Counted from the stretch's first letter, positions 47,033 to 57,482 are shown. The stretch is 64,000 nt of DNA from Promethearchaeota archaeon (GCA_027031765.1 JALVPN010000110.1:33973-97972); one strand, 5' to 3'. Numbers and translations are program-made. Notes: generated by a model from the letters alone, not told the origin.

Positions 47033-47401
47033 ATGGTCGTGACCCGGTTCAGGTACAAACAGGTGATTGCCGTGCGCACTGACCTGAAGATGAGTAAAGG
47101 CAAGCTTGCAGTACAGGTCGCACATGGCGCTGTCACTGCGTCAGAGCGCGCACGCCTCATGGACCGTAGGACATGGCGGGCCTGGTTCACTGAGGGCCAG
47201 AAGAAAGTGGTTGTCCGTGTCGCCTCTGAGGCGGAGCTGCTCCACCTCCAACGCCTTGCAGTTGAAAATGGCCTACCCCAGGCGCTGATCCGTGATGCAG
47301 GGATGACGGAACTCCCTCCGGGGACTGCCACCGTGATATGCGTCGGCCCGGGCCCATCCGAAGATGTTGACAGGGTCACAGGTACACTGAAGCTCCTGTG
47401 A
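47033..47401 (+). CDS. pth2: peptidyl-tRNA hydrolase, archaeal type (Pth2)
   Basis: VRTDLKMSKGKLAVQVAHGAV...VICVGPGP matches the Pth2 family. Confidence 0.8.
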   Translation: MVVTRFRYKQVIAVRTDLKMSKGKLAVQVAHGAVTASERARLMDRRTWRAWFTEGQKKVVVRVASEAELLHLQRLAVENGLPQALIRDAGMTELPPGTATVICVGPGPSEDVDRVTGTLKLL

Positions 47402-47411
47402 GGGGTATGTC

Positions 47412-48749
47412 TTGTACACTGTGCCTGATGCGGAGCAGCTCGTAGGAATGGAGCTCTACACCACTGGCATTCCGGGTTTCGGTGGCCATCTAAAACGCAG
47501 GTTCGATGACTTTGTTGTGGAGGAAATCCCCACAGGCGGCCCACGCCTCTCAGTGAGGCCTTGGGAGCCCCGGCCGTGTGGTCCACCAGCGGGTGACCCA
47601 AAGGCCCGCTATGTCCACTTCACACTACAGAAACGTGGCCTCTCCACGCTGGACGTAGCAATGATCCTCGCCTCGGAGTTGGGAATACCACATCATCTGG
47701 TGATGTATGCGGGGATAAAGGACAAGCGGGCGGTCACCGTCCAGCGTATGTGTGTCCCTGCACGCTGTGCGGCGCAGCTCGTACAGTTACGGCTCCCCAA
47801 TATCATGGTGTCTGACCCGTGCTATTCGAGGACACCCCTGCGGAGCGGCGACCTCTGGGGGAACCACTTCAGGATTCGCGTCCGGGGCATTGAGGTACCG
47901 TGTTCGGAAGCACTGCAATGCGTTGAGGCCCTCCGTGATGTCCCTCTGCTGAACTACTACGGAGTACAGAGGTTCGGCGTGACCCGTCCGTACACCCACC
48001 TTGTTGGTAAGGCTTTGGTGCTCCGTGACTACGAGGCTGCAGTCAGGGCAATGCTCACGACCACGAACAGTTTCGAGCCACCAGGGCTCACCGATGTGCG
48101 TCTGCGTCTGAGTGAGAGACTTGCCCCTACCGAGAGCATGCTCGCGGTCTTTCCCAAGGACATGCGGCACGAACGTACAGTCCTCCACTACCTGATACGG
48201 CATCCTGGTGCATTCGAAAAGGCACTACGGCGGATACCCTCCCGCATCCGTACCCTTTTTGTACACTCGTACCAGTCGTTCCTGTTCAACCGGATTATCA
48301 GCCGTCGTGCAGCCGTCGGAGCACCACTTGTCCAGCCTGTGCCCGGCGACTTCATTGTGGAAGCACGACGTGCACATGCCGGCCGTGACTCTTGGAGGCT
48401 TGTAACAGACCAGTCCCTTGAGGAGTGCAGGTCTCTTGTGTTGTCTGGCGACTATGTGCTTGCCGCACCGGTGCCAGGCTACGCGACAAAGCTCCCGCCA
48501 TCATGGCAGTCCGACATGGTGCGAGAAGTCCTTGATGAGGAGGGCATATTACTGGCACAGTTCCATAACTCACGGTACCGTGCCCATGACACCCCGGGAG
48601 GCCTCCATCCAGTCACCATGCGTCCCGAGCACATGGTGTCCTACTGTGAAGGGGATGTCCTCGTGGTCGAGTTCGCTCTCCAGAAGGGCTCCTACGCAAC
48701 AGTTGTGTTACGCGAGCTGATGAAGAACCATCCGGTAAACCGTGTATGA
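47412..48749 (+). CDS. truD: tRNA pseudouridine(13) synthase TruD
   Basis: N-terminal GMELYTTGIPGFGGHLKRRFDDFVVEE matches the TruD/Pus7 signature; catalytic Asp context present. Confidence 0.8.
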   Translation: MYTVPDAEQLVGMELYTTGIPGFGGHLKRRFDDFVVEEIPTGGPRLSVRPWEPRPCGPPAGDPKARYVHFTLQKRGLSTLDVAMILASELGIPHHLVMYAGIKDKRAVTVQRMCVPARCAAQLVQLRLPNIMVSDPCYSRTPLRSGDLWGNHFRIRVRGIEVPCSEALQCVEALRDVPLLNYYGVQRFGVTRPYTHLVGKALVLRDYEAAVRAMLTTTNSFEPPGLTDVRLRLSERLAPTESMLAVFPKDMRHERTVLHYLIRHPGAFEKALRRIPSRIRTLFVHSYQSFLFNRIISRRAAVGAPLVQPVPGDFIVEARRAHAGRDSWRLVTDQSLEECRSLVLSGDYVLAAPVPGYATKLPPSWQSDMVREVLDEEGILLAQFHNSRYRAHDTPGGLHPVTMRPEHMVSYCEGDVLVVEFALQKGSYATVVLRELMKNHPVNRV

Positions 48750-48750
48750 C

Positions 48751-49341
48751 TCACATCCGTCTCCTACGTCTTGGGCCGAACTGACGCAGCCTCTCTTCAA
48801 ACTCGTCCGGCACCTCCTCCTCTTCCTTCTTGACACGGTCACTCTCATACTCGAAGAGCACGGGCTGTCCAGTCACACCCGAAACAATCTGCCGCAGCTC
48901 CTCCTTCGTGAACCGGATCCTGTCACGGTCAATGTCCCGGAGCATTACTATGCTCTCCTTCGTGCCGTCCGGGAGGTAGAGGCTGTTGATGCCCATCTCA
49001 ACCGCTGGTGCAATGAGGTGTCTGACAAATGCCCTGAGTTTCACGGGCCCCTCGACAATCATGACCTCGCCGAAGGCCTCGCTCATCTCGTCAAGCAGTC
49101 CGGTAGCGTCCTCTAGGAGGCTGGTCTGTCCTCTCCTCACAAGCAGCACAAGGTATCTGGTCACCCGGATTGCCCTCATGAGGTGCAGGTCTGCTAGCGA
49201 CGGGTACTGTCTTGCTCGTCCAAGCAGCCACTTACTGAACTCGATGTCGAACTCGTTTATCTCCCCGTTGTCAAGGCGCTCCTGACAACTCGGGCACAGC
49301 ATGTTTGACTCGATGTCGAAGATACAGACTGGTAGTCGCAT
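48751..49341 (-). CDS. hypothetical protein with N-terminal zinc ribbon and acidic C-terminal tail
   Basis: CIFDIESNMLCPSCQ zinc ribbon, central alpha/beta region, C-terminal KKEEEEVPDEFEE...RRRRRM; family not identified. Confidence 0.4.
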   Translation of the reverse strand: MRLPVCIFDIESNMLCPSCQERLDNGEINEFDIEFSKWLLGRARQYPSLADLHLMRAIRVTRYLVLLVRRGQTSLLEDATGLLDEMSEAFGEVMIVEGPVKLRAFVRHLIAPAVEMGINSLYLPDGTKESIVMLRDIDRDRIRFTKEELRQIVSGVTGQPVLFEYESDRVKKEEEEVPDEFEERLRQFGPRRRRRM

Positions 49342-49417
49342 GTGTTGTTCCTCGCCAGCATATGAAGCCTCCAGCAGAGTCCGGGCTTCGGGCGAGGACC
49401 TGTCAATGTGTTCTAGC

Positions 49418-49756
49418 TCATCTCGACAGCGTGATGTCTATGGTCGACACGTTCAGCTCGCTGCCCTTGTCGGTCTGGACAGTGGTGGTACCAATCTCAA
49501 TGCTCTTCACTTTGAGGTCGGTGATGAACCTGTGGCGCGTTATCTCTGCGACGTCCACTGCTCTACTGATGAGACGTCCTCTGGCCTTTATTACGACCTC
49601 CTGAGCACCCTGGTTGAACAGGGTAACGCAAGCGAGGACGTATGACATGACGTTCTTGTTGCCGACCAGGATCACGGCGTCACTATTCTCCACATTGTCA
49701 CTGCTGTCAGTCTTTTCCTCCGTCACCCGAAGTCTCTCCGCCAGCCATAGCTTCAA
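49418..49756 (-). CDS. albA: DNA/RNA-binding protein Alba
   Basis: [46 protein letters not shown] is the Alba core; short N-terminal extension. Confidence 0.8.
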   Translation of the reverse strand: MKLWLAERLRVTEEKTDSSDNVENSDAVILVGNKNVMSYVLACVTLFNQGAQEVVIKARGRLISRAVDVAEITRHRFITDLKVKSIEIGTTTVQTDKGSELNVSTIDITLSR

Positions 49757-49945
49757 TCGCTTTGTGTTTGCGGTTGCTCCTTCTGATATAGGTTACGGTC
49801 AGAGGCGGCAGTGTACATGTCGGTACACACCAATGCGTGTGGCCACTCACGTCACATCCTCGGACACATGCGGGCCTCTTCTGGCGCCACATTCACAAGC
49901 TTTTTCTCCACACAGACGGCCACTCATTGAAGGAAGCAAGGTTCA

Positions 49946-51214
49946 ATGGTTCAACTGACATTCCTAGGTTCGTGTCAGGAGATTGGGCGTTCGGGGTTCC
50001 TTGTGACCGGCCACGATGAGAGCATCCTCGTCGACTACGGTGTCAAGTTCCAGAACCCTGTCGGTCTGCCCGTTCCCATCAGCACAGATGACCTCCAAGG
50101 AGTCATTCTGACACATGCACACCTCGACCACTCAGGTGCAGTCCCACAGGTGCTCAGCGATTCGGATGTCGTTTCGCTGTTCTGCACCCCCGCCACCCGA
50201 GACCTCACAGCACTACTGCTCCATGACATGTTCAAGGTCACAACAAGCCCTCTGCCTTACGCTCACCACGATATACGGCGCGTCTTTGACCAGTGTCAGC
50301 CCACTGCCTACGAGGACACGTTGCCATTGGGGAGAGAGTTTGAGATGACCCTGTTCAATGCGGGTCATATCCCCGGTAGCGCCATGGTGTCCCTCAGCAT
50401 CGACGGCCGCAGAATCCTCTTCACCGGTGACTTCAATGCCCTCCCCTCCCGTCTACATGCCGGGGTGCGCCTGAACCTCCCAAGGCACGATGTGGTCGTC
50501 ACCGAGAGCACATACGCACGCCGTGTGAACCCACCACGCGAGGAGATCGAAAGGGCACTGGTGGCCAGTATCATTGACACGATGGACCGTGGTGGTGTTG
50601 CCCTCATCCCGGCATTTGCGGTGGGCCGCTCGCAGGAGATAATGTGCATTCTGGAACAGTACGGGATCACACGAGACTATCCAGTATACGTTGATGGTCT
50701 TGCCCGTGATGTCAACGAGATTGTTATGCAGCACCCGAACTACATTGCATGCCCTCGCGAGTTCGAACGCGCTGTCAGACACACGCGCCTGATCCATGAC
50801 AGCCGTGACAGGCACCGGGTCATCCACAAGGGCGGGGTGATAATCTCACCGGCCGGGATGCTCAAGGGCGGGGCCTCCAAGATGCTCTTTGAGAACCTCT
50901 ACGATGACCCGTCCAACACAATCATCCTTGTGAGCTTCCAGATCCCGGGCACTCCGGGTGCGGAGCTCTTGTCGACTAGGCAGGTCACACTGAACCGGAG
51001 GGTGCTCCGTGTCAGGGCAGAAGTGCGGTACCATCACCTGAGCAGCCATTCGGACACAAACGGCCTGATGGAGCTGCTCATGCGGGTCCCCGGAGACCCG
51101 GAGTTCTACGTCGTCCATGGAGAACCAGAATCGTGTGATGCCCTAGCCCAGGCCCTTACAGACAGTGGGCACCAGGCCTATGTGCCTGAGATGGGGGACT
51201 CATTCGAAGTCTAG
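49946..51214 (+). CDS. aCPSF2-type beta-CASP metallo-beta-lactamase ribonuclease (no KH domains)
   Basis: HAHLDHSG motif, beta-CASP region, C-terminal H motif; 422 aa. Confidence 0.8.
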   Translation: MVQLTFLGSCQEIGRSGFLVTGHDESILVDYGVKFQNPVGLPVPISTDDLQGVILTHAHLDHSGAVPQVLSDSDVVSLFCTPATRDLTALLLHDMFKVTTSPLPYAHHDIRRVFDQCQPTAYEDTLPLGREFEMTLFNAGHIPGSAMVSLSIDGRRILFTGDFNALPSRLHAGVRLNLPRHDVVVTESTYARRVNPPREEIERALVASIIDTMDRGGVALIPAFAVGRSQEIMCILEQYGITRDYPVYVDGLARDVNEIVMQHPNYIACPREFERAVRHTRLIHDSRDRHRVIHKGGVIISPAGMLKGGASKMLFENLYDDPSNTIILVSFQIPGTPGAELLSTRQVTLNRRVLRVRAEVRYHHLSSHSDTNGLMELLMRVPGDPEFYVVHGEPESCDALAQALTDSGHQAYVPEMGDSFEV

Positions 51215-51238
51215 CCGACCTGCAGCCCGTTGGATGTG

Positions 51239-51451
51239 CTAGGCCCCCTCCTCTGGCCTTGCCTCCTTGACCTCGCACTGGACGCGTTGTAGGATGCTCT
51301 CTGCCTGCTGGGGACTCGTCACAAGCGTGTAGAGGTACCGCCTTGTGCGGAGCTTCAGCTTCACCTGTCCCTTTACCCGCCTGACACGGCACTCCGTTGC
51401 ATCCGCGCTCATCTCAATGAACCTGTCAACATCCGTAATCTGTCTTGGCAT
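51239..51451 (-). CDS. rpl38e: 50S ribosomal protein L38e
   Basis: MPRQITDVDRFIEMSA...VKLKLRTRRYLYTLVTSPQQAESILQ aligns to eukaryotic L38e (PRKIEEIKDFL...RYLYTLV); start trimmed to an internal ATG. Confidence 0.65.
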   Translation of the reverse strand: MPRQITDVDRFIEMSADATECRVRRVKGQVKLKLRTRRYLYTLVTSPQQAESILQRVQCEVKEARPEEGA

Positions 51452-51482
51452 TTTTTGCCCCTCTTCTCTCAGGCTCGTCAGT

Positions 51483-51559
51483 TGGTGGGCCGGGGGAGAC
51501 TCGAACTCCCGATATCCTCCGCGTGAGGGAGGCATCATAGCCAACTAGATCACCGGCCC
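51483..51559 (-). tRNA. tRNA-Val (anticodon CAC)
   Basis: Reverse complement: acceptor GGGCCGG/CCGGCCC, anticodon arm CCTCC-CTCACGC-GGAGG, T-arm GGGAG-TTCGAGT-CTCCC, ACCA. Confidence 0.8.
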
Positions 51560-51594
51560 ACACGTTGGCATGGCATAGATGTCAGTTGCATGCA

Positions 51595-51750
51595 CTACTT
51601 CTTGCGCCTCTTTGGCCTGAGGTCCTTGTGGCCGCACTTCCTGCACTTCTTTGCCTTTTCGGGGTTTGTGGCCCCACAGTAGCGGCAAATCGACTTATGG
51701 AGCAGGTAGTATTGGGCGAGCCTTCGTCTCTCAATGTCAGCAACTGGCAT
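51595..51750 (-). CDS. rpl40e: 50S ribosomal protein L40e
   Basis: Hand-translated 51-aa [54 protein letters not shown] (C4 zinc ribbon); not in the >=60-aa track. Confidence 0.75.
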   Translation of the reverse strand: MPVADIERRRLAQYYLLHKSICRYCGATNPEKAKKCRKCGHKDLRPKRRKK

Positions 51751-52098
51751 CAATACGACCTCGTCAACTGCTGGCGGACCATAGTATGTCCTGTGAAGCC
51801 CGCTACAGTCACCCCTTCCACCGCCGTTTTAAGTTTAACTCTGTCCCCATTGCTCCCCAGCTGCCATGTCGCTGTGCTGTTTCTAACTGCGGTGGGGCCT
51901 CGACGGGGGGAGGTGTCCAACAGCCGTCTGCCCAGCATGTCCCGGCAAATCCATATGATTGGGGTCAGACCGGGCAGCCCGGCAGGGCAGTACTGGGGGT
52001 CTGCACCATACCAGCAAGGCAGGTCTTGTTGCGACCACCGACATGGGGTGGGACAGGGACTGCTAGACTGTCCGTAGTGGGCTGGGAGATACGCCTGC

Positions 52099-52968
52099 TC
52101 AAAGCATGTCCTTGAGCAGCCTCGCGACATCGCTGGGCCGGTCGGCGACTGGCACGTCAGCGTCATTGAATGCCTGGATCTTGGCTGCGGCAGTGCCACT
52201 GCTGCCACTGATGATTGCGCCTGCGTGCCCCATGCGCTTACCCGGTGGGGCAGTCCTCCCTGCAATGAACGCCACCACAGGCATGTTGATATGTTCCTTT
52301 ATGTAGGTCGCGGCCCTCTCCTCAGCGTCGCCACCAATCTCTCCCACAAGGACGAGTGCTCTCGTGTCGCTGTCTTGCTGGAACAGTCTGATGGCCTCCA
52401 CAGGCGTCAGCCCCACACACGGGTCACCACCAAGTCCGATTGCGGTGGATATCCCGATACCCGCATTGGTCATCCCTGCTGCAATCTCGTATGTGAGCGT
52501 CCCGCTCCTTGACATCAGTCCGACCACTCCGTCCATGAATACATGGCCTGGCATGATCCCGAGCTTCTGGCGTGCGCCCGGGGTGATGATGCCGGGAGTG
52601 TTTGGCCCGATGATGGTGACGCCTCTCCGACGTGCGGTGTGGATCACTCGCATCTCGTCTTGGACAGGCACATGCTCCGTGATTATCACAACCGGGTCGA
52701 GCCCGGCAGCAATCGCTTCGAGTGCAGCGTCCCCCGCAAACGGCGCCGGCACAAAGATGACCGATGCTGTGGCGTCGTGCTCTTCTTTTGCTTGCCGCAC
52801 ACTGTCGTAGACCGGTACCCCATTGACCTCTGCCCCTCCCTTTCCTGGCGTCACTCCCGCAACCACACGGGTGCCGTACTCAAGCATTGCAGCCGAGTGG
52901 AATGTCCCCTGGCTACCAGTAATACCTTGGATGATGACGCGAGTGTCCTTGTCCACAAGCACAGCCAT
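52099..52968 (-). CDS. sucD: succinyl-CoA synthetase alpha subunit
   Basis: CoA-binding GITGSQGTFH, phosphohistidine loop GHAGAII. Confidence 0.9.
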   Translation of the reverse strand: MAVLVDKDTRVIIQGITGSQGTFHSAAMLEYGTRVVAGVTPGKGGAEVNGVPVYDSVRQAKEEHDATASVIFVPAPFAGDAALEAIAAGLDPVVIITEHVPVQDEMRVIHTARRRGVTIIGPNTPGIITPGARQKLGIMPGHVFMDGVVGLMSRSGTLTYEIAAGMTNAGIGISTAIGLGGDPCVGLTPVEAIRLFQQDSDTRALVLVGEIGGDAEERAATYIKEHINMPVVAFIAGRTAPPGKRMGHAGAIISGSSGTAAAKIQAFNDADVPVADRPSDVARLLKDML

Positions 52969-52969
52969 T

Positions 52970-54115
52970 TCATGCCGCCTCCTTCACCAGTTCTACGACT
53001 TTCGCCGCTGCTTCCTCCATTGTCTTCAGGAACGGAATCCCTGCCTCTTGGAGTATCCGCTGTCCCTCCTCCTCGTTAGTGCCCACCATCCGTATGACTA
53101 GTGGTACCTTTACGTCGCCGTCCTCACGTGCGGAAACAATCCCCTTTGCCACCTCGTCGCACCTGGTGATGCCACCCATTATGTTCACGAGGATTGCCTT
53201 GACCTTCGGGTACATCATTGCAATCTCGATGCCCTTCTCTACCCGCTTGGCATCGGCGCCGCCCCCGAGGTCGAGGAACGTGCTGGCCCTGCCACCGTGG
53301 AGCGCGACCGCATCCAGTGTGGCCATTGTCAGGCCCGCACCGTTGCAGATGCATGCTATATCACCGTCCAGCTCCACATAGGCCATGTCGTGCTCTGCCG
53401 CGAGCCGTTCGCGTTCGTTCTGTTCGACAGGAGCACGTCTGAGGGCCTCGACCAGGTCTTTGTGCCGGTAGAGGGCATTGTCATCGATGTTGAGACGCGC
53501 GTCTGCTGCAAGGAACCGCCCGTCCTCGGTCAGGATTAACGGGTTGATCTCGGTGAGCTCGACATCGTACTGTGTTACAATTCTCCAGAGCTTCACGAAG
53601 AAGGATGCAAGCCCGTGGATCTGCTTGCCCCTGAAGCCCATCGCAATGGCTATCTCTCTGGCCTCGAAGGGCTGGAGTCCTAGGTCTGGGTCGACATACC
53701 TCTTGATGATCTTCTCAGGGCTCTCCTCGGCAAGCTCCTCTATAGACATGCCCCCTGCTGCGCTCCCTATCACCACGTACTTCCGTTCATTGCGGTCGAC
53801 GGTTATCCCAACATATATCTCCTGCCTGATGTTGAGCTTTTCCTCCACGAGCACTGTCTCGACGGGCAGGTCGTTGATACGCATGGCGAGGATCTGCTCA
53901 GCAACAGATGCAGCTCGTTCGGGCGTGTCTGCAAAACGTACTCCGCCAGCCTTTCCGCGTTTTCCTGTCAGGACCTGTGCCTTTACCACCACTGGCCTCC
54001 CAATCTCTGCAGCCCTCTCTCTTGCCTCGTCGGGCGTCCGGGCCACACCACTCGGAGGCGTGGGGATGGCGAACTTGCGGAAAATCTCTTTGGCCTCATG
54101 CTCAAACAGTTTCAT
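52970..54115 (-). CDS. sucC: succinyl-CoA synthetase beta subunit
   Basis: MKLFEHEAKEIF ATP-grasp N-terminus; adjacent to sucD. Confidence 0.9.
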   Translation of the reverse strand: MKLFEHEAKEIFRKFAIPTPPSGVARTPDEARERAAEIGRPVVVKAQVLTGKRGKAGGVRFADTPERAASVAEQILAMRINDLPVETVLVEEKLNIRQEIYVGITVDRNERKYVVIGSAAGGMSIEELAEESPEKIIKRYVDPDLGLQPFEAREIAIAMGFRGKQIHGLASFFVKLWRIVTQYDVELTEINPLILTEDGRFLAADARLNIDDNALYRHKDLVEALRRAPVEQNERERLAAEHDMAYVELDGDIACICNGAGLTMATLDAVALHGGRASTFLDLGGGADAKRVEKGIEIAMMYPKVKAILVNIMGGITRCDEVAKGIVSAREDGDVKVPLVIRMVGTNEEEGQRILQEAGIPFLKTMEEAAAKVVELVKEAA

Positions 54116-54184
54116 GTTCCTCACCGCAGGCTCCGGGCCTATTCGAGTCCGGCAATGGCGGCCTCAGTTGTCGTCAATAAAAGC

Positions 54185-56413
54185 TTAGCTGATAGACCCA
54201 AGTAGGTGCTCAAGGTTCTCACGCAAGGATGCCGCCTCGTCCTGTAGGCGCCTCGCCTCAGCACTGTCGTACATCTGTGTGATTATGCTCACTGCGTACA
54301 GTGCCTCTTCCAGACAGTTCTCCACGAGGCCCGGCAGGTCAGTGGGACGGCTTGCCAGTGCTTCAATACTCTCTGCAGGGACACTGTCAAGCACCCTCTG
54401 TACCATGTCCCTCGGATATCCTGTTTCCCTCTCAACAATCTTCTTGAGGAGTGCCCCCAGTGTTGTCGCCCCGACCGACAGCGCCTGCATGACAGCCCTG
54501 GCATCGCGTGCGGGTACTCCGAGGAGTGCGACGCTGCGCCCCAGAGGTGTGCACCTCATAGTCTTCCCCTCCCGGACGAGCAGACCGCTCTTCTGGAGCT
54601 CACCAATCACCTCAAGACCACGCAGGGCGGGCCTGATTACTGTGCTTGCGTACGGGCGGGTGTCGGGGTCTTCGAGTGCATACTGTGCGAACTTGACCAG
54701 GTGCTTACACAGTCTGTGTTTCCGTAGGCCCTGGTACTTCCACGATTCACAGGAGCAGGAAACCCCGTCTGCGGCACGCAGTTCAACATAGTGCCATAGT
54801 TCACGGCTAGTGCTCTTTACAATCCCACTTATGCGGGTCGGCGAGACCGCCACCACTCTCACATCGCCGTCTGGGATTGCCTCAGCCCTCTTGACCGCAT
54901 CACGTGTTGCACGCATCGCAATCAGTCCCTCTATGGAGGCGGTTTCCACCAGAGAGACCGTTTCCGCTGTTGATGGGTCTCTCTGGCTGGCGACAGCCCA
55001 GAGCGTCCTCTTGAGCACGCTGGACAGGCCCTGTGCCCTCCGCCTCCGGTCACACAGGTGTAGCAACGCCAGGTCAAGCAGGTTCTCCGGGTCGTCCATC
55101 GAGCTGACCACCTCCCCAAGTCGTGGGACTATGTTCCCCTGACTGTCGTGGCGGAAGTACTTTGCAAGCACACGCTGTCTTTCGCCCTCGCTGTTCACGA
55201 CCACGATGCCGAATGCGTCGTTGTCCTGACCCCAGCGGCCTGCGGAGTTGAGCACCTCATTCATCTGCCACTCGGTGAGCATTGTGAGCTCACCACCATC
55301 GGACAGGTCACCCCCGACATCTTGCATGAACACGCCTATCACAAAGACGGTCGTCGCCCGGATGCCACTGGCGATGGCAAAGCGTATTGGTATGATGACC
55401 ACTGGTATCACCCCCTCTTCCCATCCGCGTGACACTGCGCGTCGCTGCTCTTTGGACAGCCCCTCGTGCATGAAGGCGACCCCCCTTGTAATCATCATGC
55501 CGAGCCTTCCGGTCACCTCGCACCTCGGATAGTGCCTCATCACATTCCCTGCAATCTCCCTGAGGACGTCACGGTGTTCCGGTGTCAGACGCAGGTCAAG
55601 GACTGCACTCCCCTCAGTATTGTCAACGCCGGAGAGCTCGCCAGCAAGGTGCTCGCACGTCTCGATGTCGGAACACAGTATCATGGTCTGGCCATGTCTG
55701 TAGTGTACAAACTCGGTCAGGTCAGCCAACGAGTCGCCAATGTCCTCGAACGCCTTGACGCTGAATATCCTCCTTATGTCTGCGCGCTTGTCCTCGACCA
55801 CGGTGGCGTCGAGCCACCTGCTGAGAGGCCCGGTCTCTGATACTGGCGGACACACTGCGATGTACTGTACCCCGGGCTGGCGGATCATCAGTGTTGCAAG
55901 TATGGTCTCAAGGTGTGCTCCAAGCTTCGGCTGTCCAATCAGGTCCAGCCGTTCAATCACCACACACCTTACATCTTCGATGACCGCAGGGTTGACCCGC
56001 ATTGCGATGTCCACGGAACGGTACGTCCCCACGACCACCCGGCCAACACGTCGCATCGGCAGGTACGCCTCTCTTCTCCGTGTTATTCCTGTGGTCTCCA
56101 CGCCCAGACGACGACACTTGTGACCGACCGACTGGAGGCGTTGTTCGGCCTGGTGGGGGTTTGGGCACAGGAACAACACCCTTGAACCGACGCTGGATGC
56201 AATGATGTTCAGCGCCGCAATTTCCGCAATCTGGTACGCCTCATTGTAGTCGTGTGTCAGGAGGATCTGGCTCCGCCCCTGGACTATGCCATTGTCAAGC
56301 GCTTCTCTCTGAAAGCCTGTCAGCTCCCTGAGGCCCATCCTCCTGAGGACTTCCAGTAGGCGTGGGGAGACCTGTTCGAGTTCGAGTTCTCTGAGAGTGC
56401 TCAATGGCGTCAC
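54185..56413 (-). CDS. Hel308/Ski2-like helicase paralog with degenerate ATPase motifs and SWIM zinc finger
   Basis: Overall SF2 layout with WH/ratchet-like C-terminus, but Walker A is LLTHDYNEA (no GKT) and motif II is IERLD (no DExH); CSCESWKYQGLRKHRLCKH matches the SWIM CxC...CxH pattern. Confidence 0.65.
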   Translation of the reverse strand: MTPLSTLRELELEQVSPRLLEVLRRMGLRELTGFQREALDNGIVQGRSQILLTHDYNEAYQIAEIAALNIIASSVGSRVLFLCPNPHQAEQRLQSVGHKCRRLGVETTGITRRREAYLPMRRVGRVVVGTYRSVDIAMRVNPAVIEDVRCVVIERLDLIGQPKLGAHLETILATLMIRQPGVQYIAVCPPVSETGPLSRWLDATVVEDKRADIRRIFSVKAFEDIGDSLADLTEFVHYRHGQTMILCSDIETCEHLAGELSGVDNTEGSAVLDLRLTPEHRDVLREIAGNVMRHYPRCEVTGRLGMMITRGVAFMHEGLSKEQRRAVSRGWEEGVIPVVIIPIRFAIASGIRATTVFVIGVFMQDVGGDLSDGGELTMLTEWQMNEVLNSAGRWGQDNDAFGIVVVNSEGERQRVLAKYFRHDSQGNIVPRLGEVVSSMDDPENLLDLALLHLCDRRRRAQGLSSVLKRTLWAVASQRDPSTAETVSLVETASIEGLIAMRATRDAVKRAEAIPDGDVRVVAVSPTRISGIVKSTSRELWHYVELRAADGVSCSCESWKYQGLRKHRLCKHLVKFAQYALEDPDTRPYASTVIRPALRGLEVIGELQKSGLLVREGKTMRCTPLGRSVALLGVPARDARAVMQALSVGATTLGALLKKIVERETGYPRDMVQRVLDSVPAESIEALASRPTDLPGLVENCLEEALYAVSIITQMYDSAEARRLQDEAASLRENLEHLLGSIS

Positions 56414-56622
56414 CAGAATGGTTGCCTCGAATGCGCATCCGCCCGTGATACGGAGCGTGCCCTAAAAAAGATGGTGGCCGGCAATGAATGGTCGCGCGCA
56501 CCTCTTTTTCGAAAGACCGGCACCCACGTCAGCTATATGCTCACACATACATAGGCTGAAAAGGGCTCCACCTGTACAGCTGACGTGACGATTCGAGACT
56601 ATGACATAAGGACTGGATGTAG

Positions 56623-57363
56623 ATGGTTTCTGGTATCAGAAAGGACTACACCTTCGAGATAATCTTTAGGGACGGGTTTGAGATTCCCCCTGGTGCTGTG
56701 TTCATGTGCGGCTTTCATGGGCTGGGCCAGGTGGGCTTCCTCAGCATCGCGCACCTTGCAAGGGCCCTCGATGCCGAACGGGTCGGCCTTATCAGGAGTG
56801 ACATGCTGCCGATGTTCGTGTCCATGGAGAACGGTCACTTGGCACTCCCGTTCGAGATGTACTTCTATGCACCCGGTAACCTCGTGTTCCTGCTGCCAAG
56901 GTTCCAACCACACCAGAGCGAGCAGTGGAACTTCATCGACTGTCTGGCCAACTGGATTGTTGACTCCCAGTTCGACGAGTCCATACTCCTTGGTGGGCTG
57001 GATGCCAGTTTCAAAGAGGACGACGAGAACCTGCGGTGTGTACCGACAACTGCCTACTTTCCCCGTCTTGAGAGGTGGTCTGTTCCACTGCTTGAGGAGG
57101 GGCTGTTTGTTGCCGGGCCACTCGCCCTGCTCCTCGCACAGCTTGAGATGCGTGGCGTCCCTGGTCTCGGCCTGCTGTCCTATGCAACACGCGCCCGTCC
57201 CGACCCACGGTCAGCCGCCGTGATGTTGGAGAAGATAAACTCCGTCCTGGGGATTGACGCCAATGTGGACCAGTTGATTGAAGAGAGCAAGGAGATTGAG
57301 CGACGGGAGAAAATCCGGCAGTCCATAGAGTCCGAGGACCGGTCGCCGGACATGTACGTGTAG
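56623..57363 (+). CDS. PAC2-family (proteasome assembly chaperone-like) protein
   Basis: GFHGLGQVG N-terminal motif and ~240-aa length typical of archaeal PAC2/DUF75. Confidence 0.55.
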   Translation: MVSGIRKDYTFEIIFRDGFEIPPGAVFMCGFHGLGQVGFLSIAHLARALDAERVGLIRSDMLPMFVSMENGHLALPFEMYFYAPGNLVFLLPRFQPHQSEQWNFIDCLANWIVDSQFDESILLGGLDASFKEDDENLRCVPTTAYFPRLERWSVPLLEEGLFVAGPLALLLAQLEMRGVPGLGLLSYATRARPDPRSAAVMLEKINSVLGIDANVDQLIEESKEIERREKIRQSIESEDRSPDMYV

Positions 57364-57482
57364 TGTCATCTGACTGGCCCAGGCCATCTGTGCCCCAACA
57401 CGGGGGGCTGGCCGTGGGACTGGGCCTGGTCCCATACGACCCCCCTGCTCTATGGCCTGCGGTCGGTCAGCCGACCAACCCG

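Noticed and set aside
51760-52098. GGUCAGACCGGGCAGCCCGGCAGG-like motif as SRP RNA helix 8
   Set aside because: It lacks the GGAA/GNAR tetraloop context and a conserved symmetric loop, so the resemblance is too weak.
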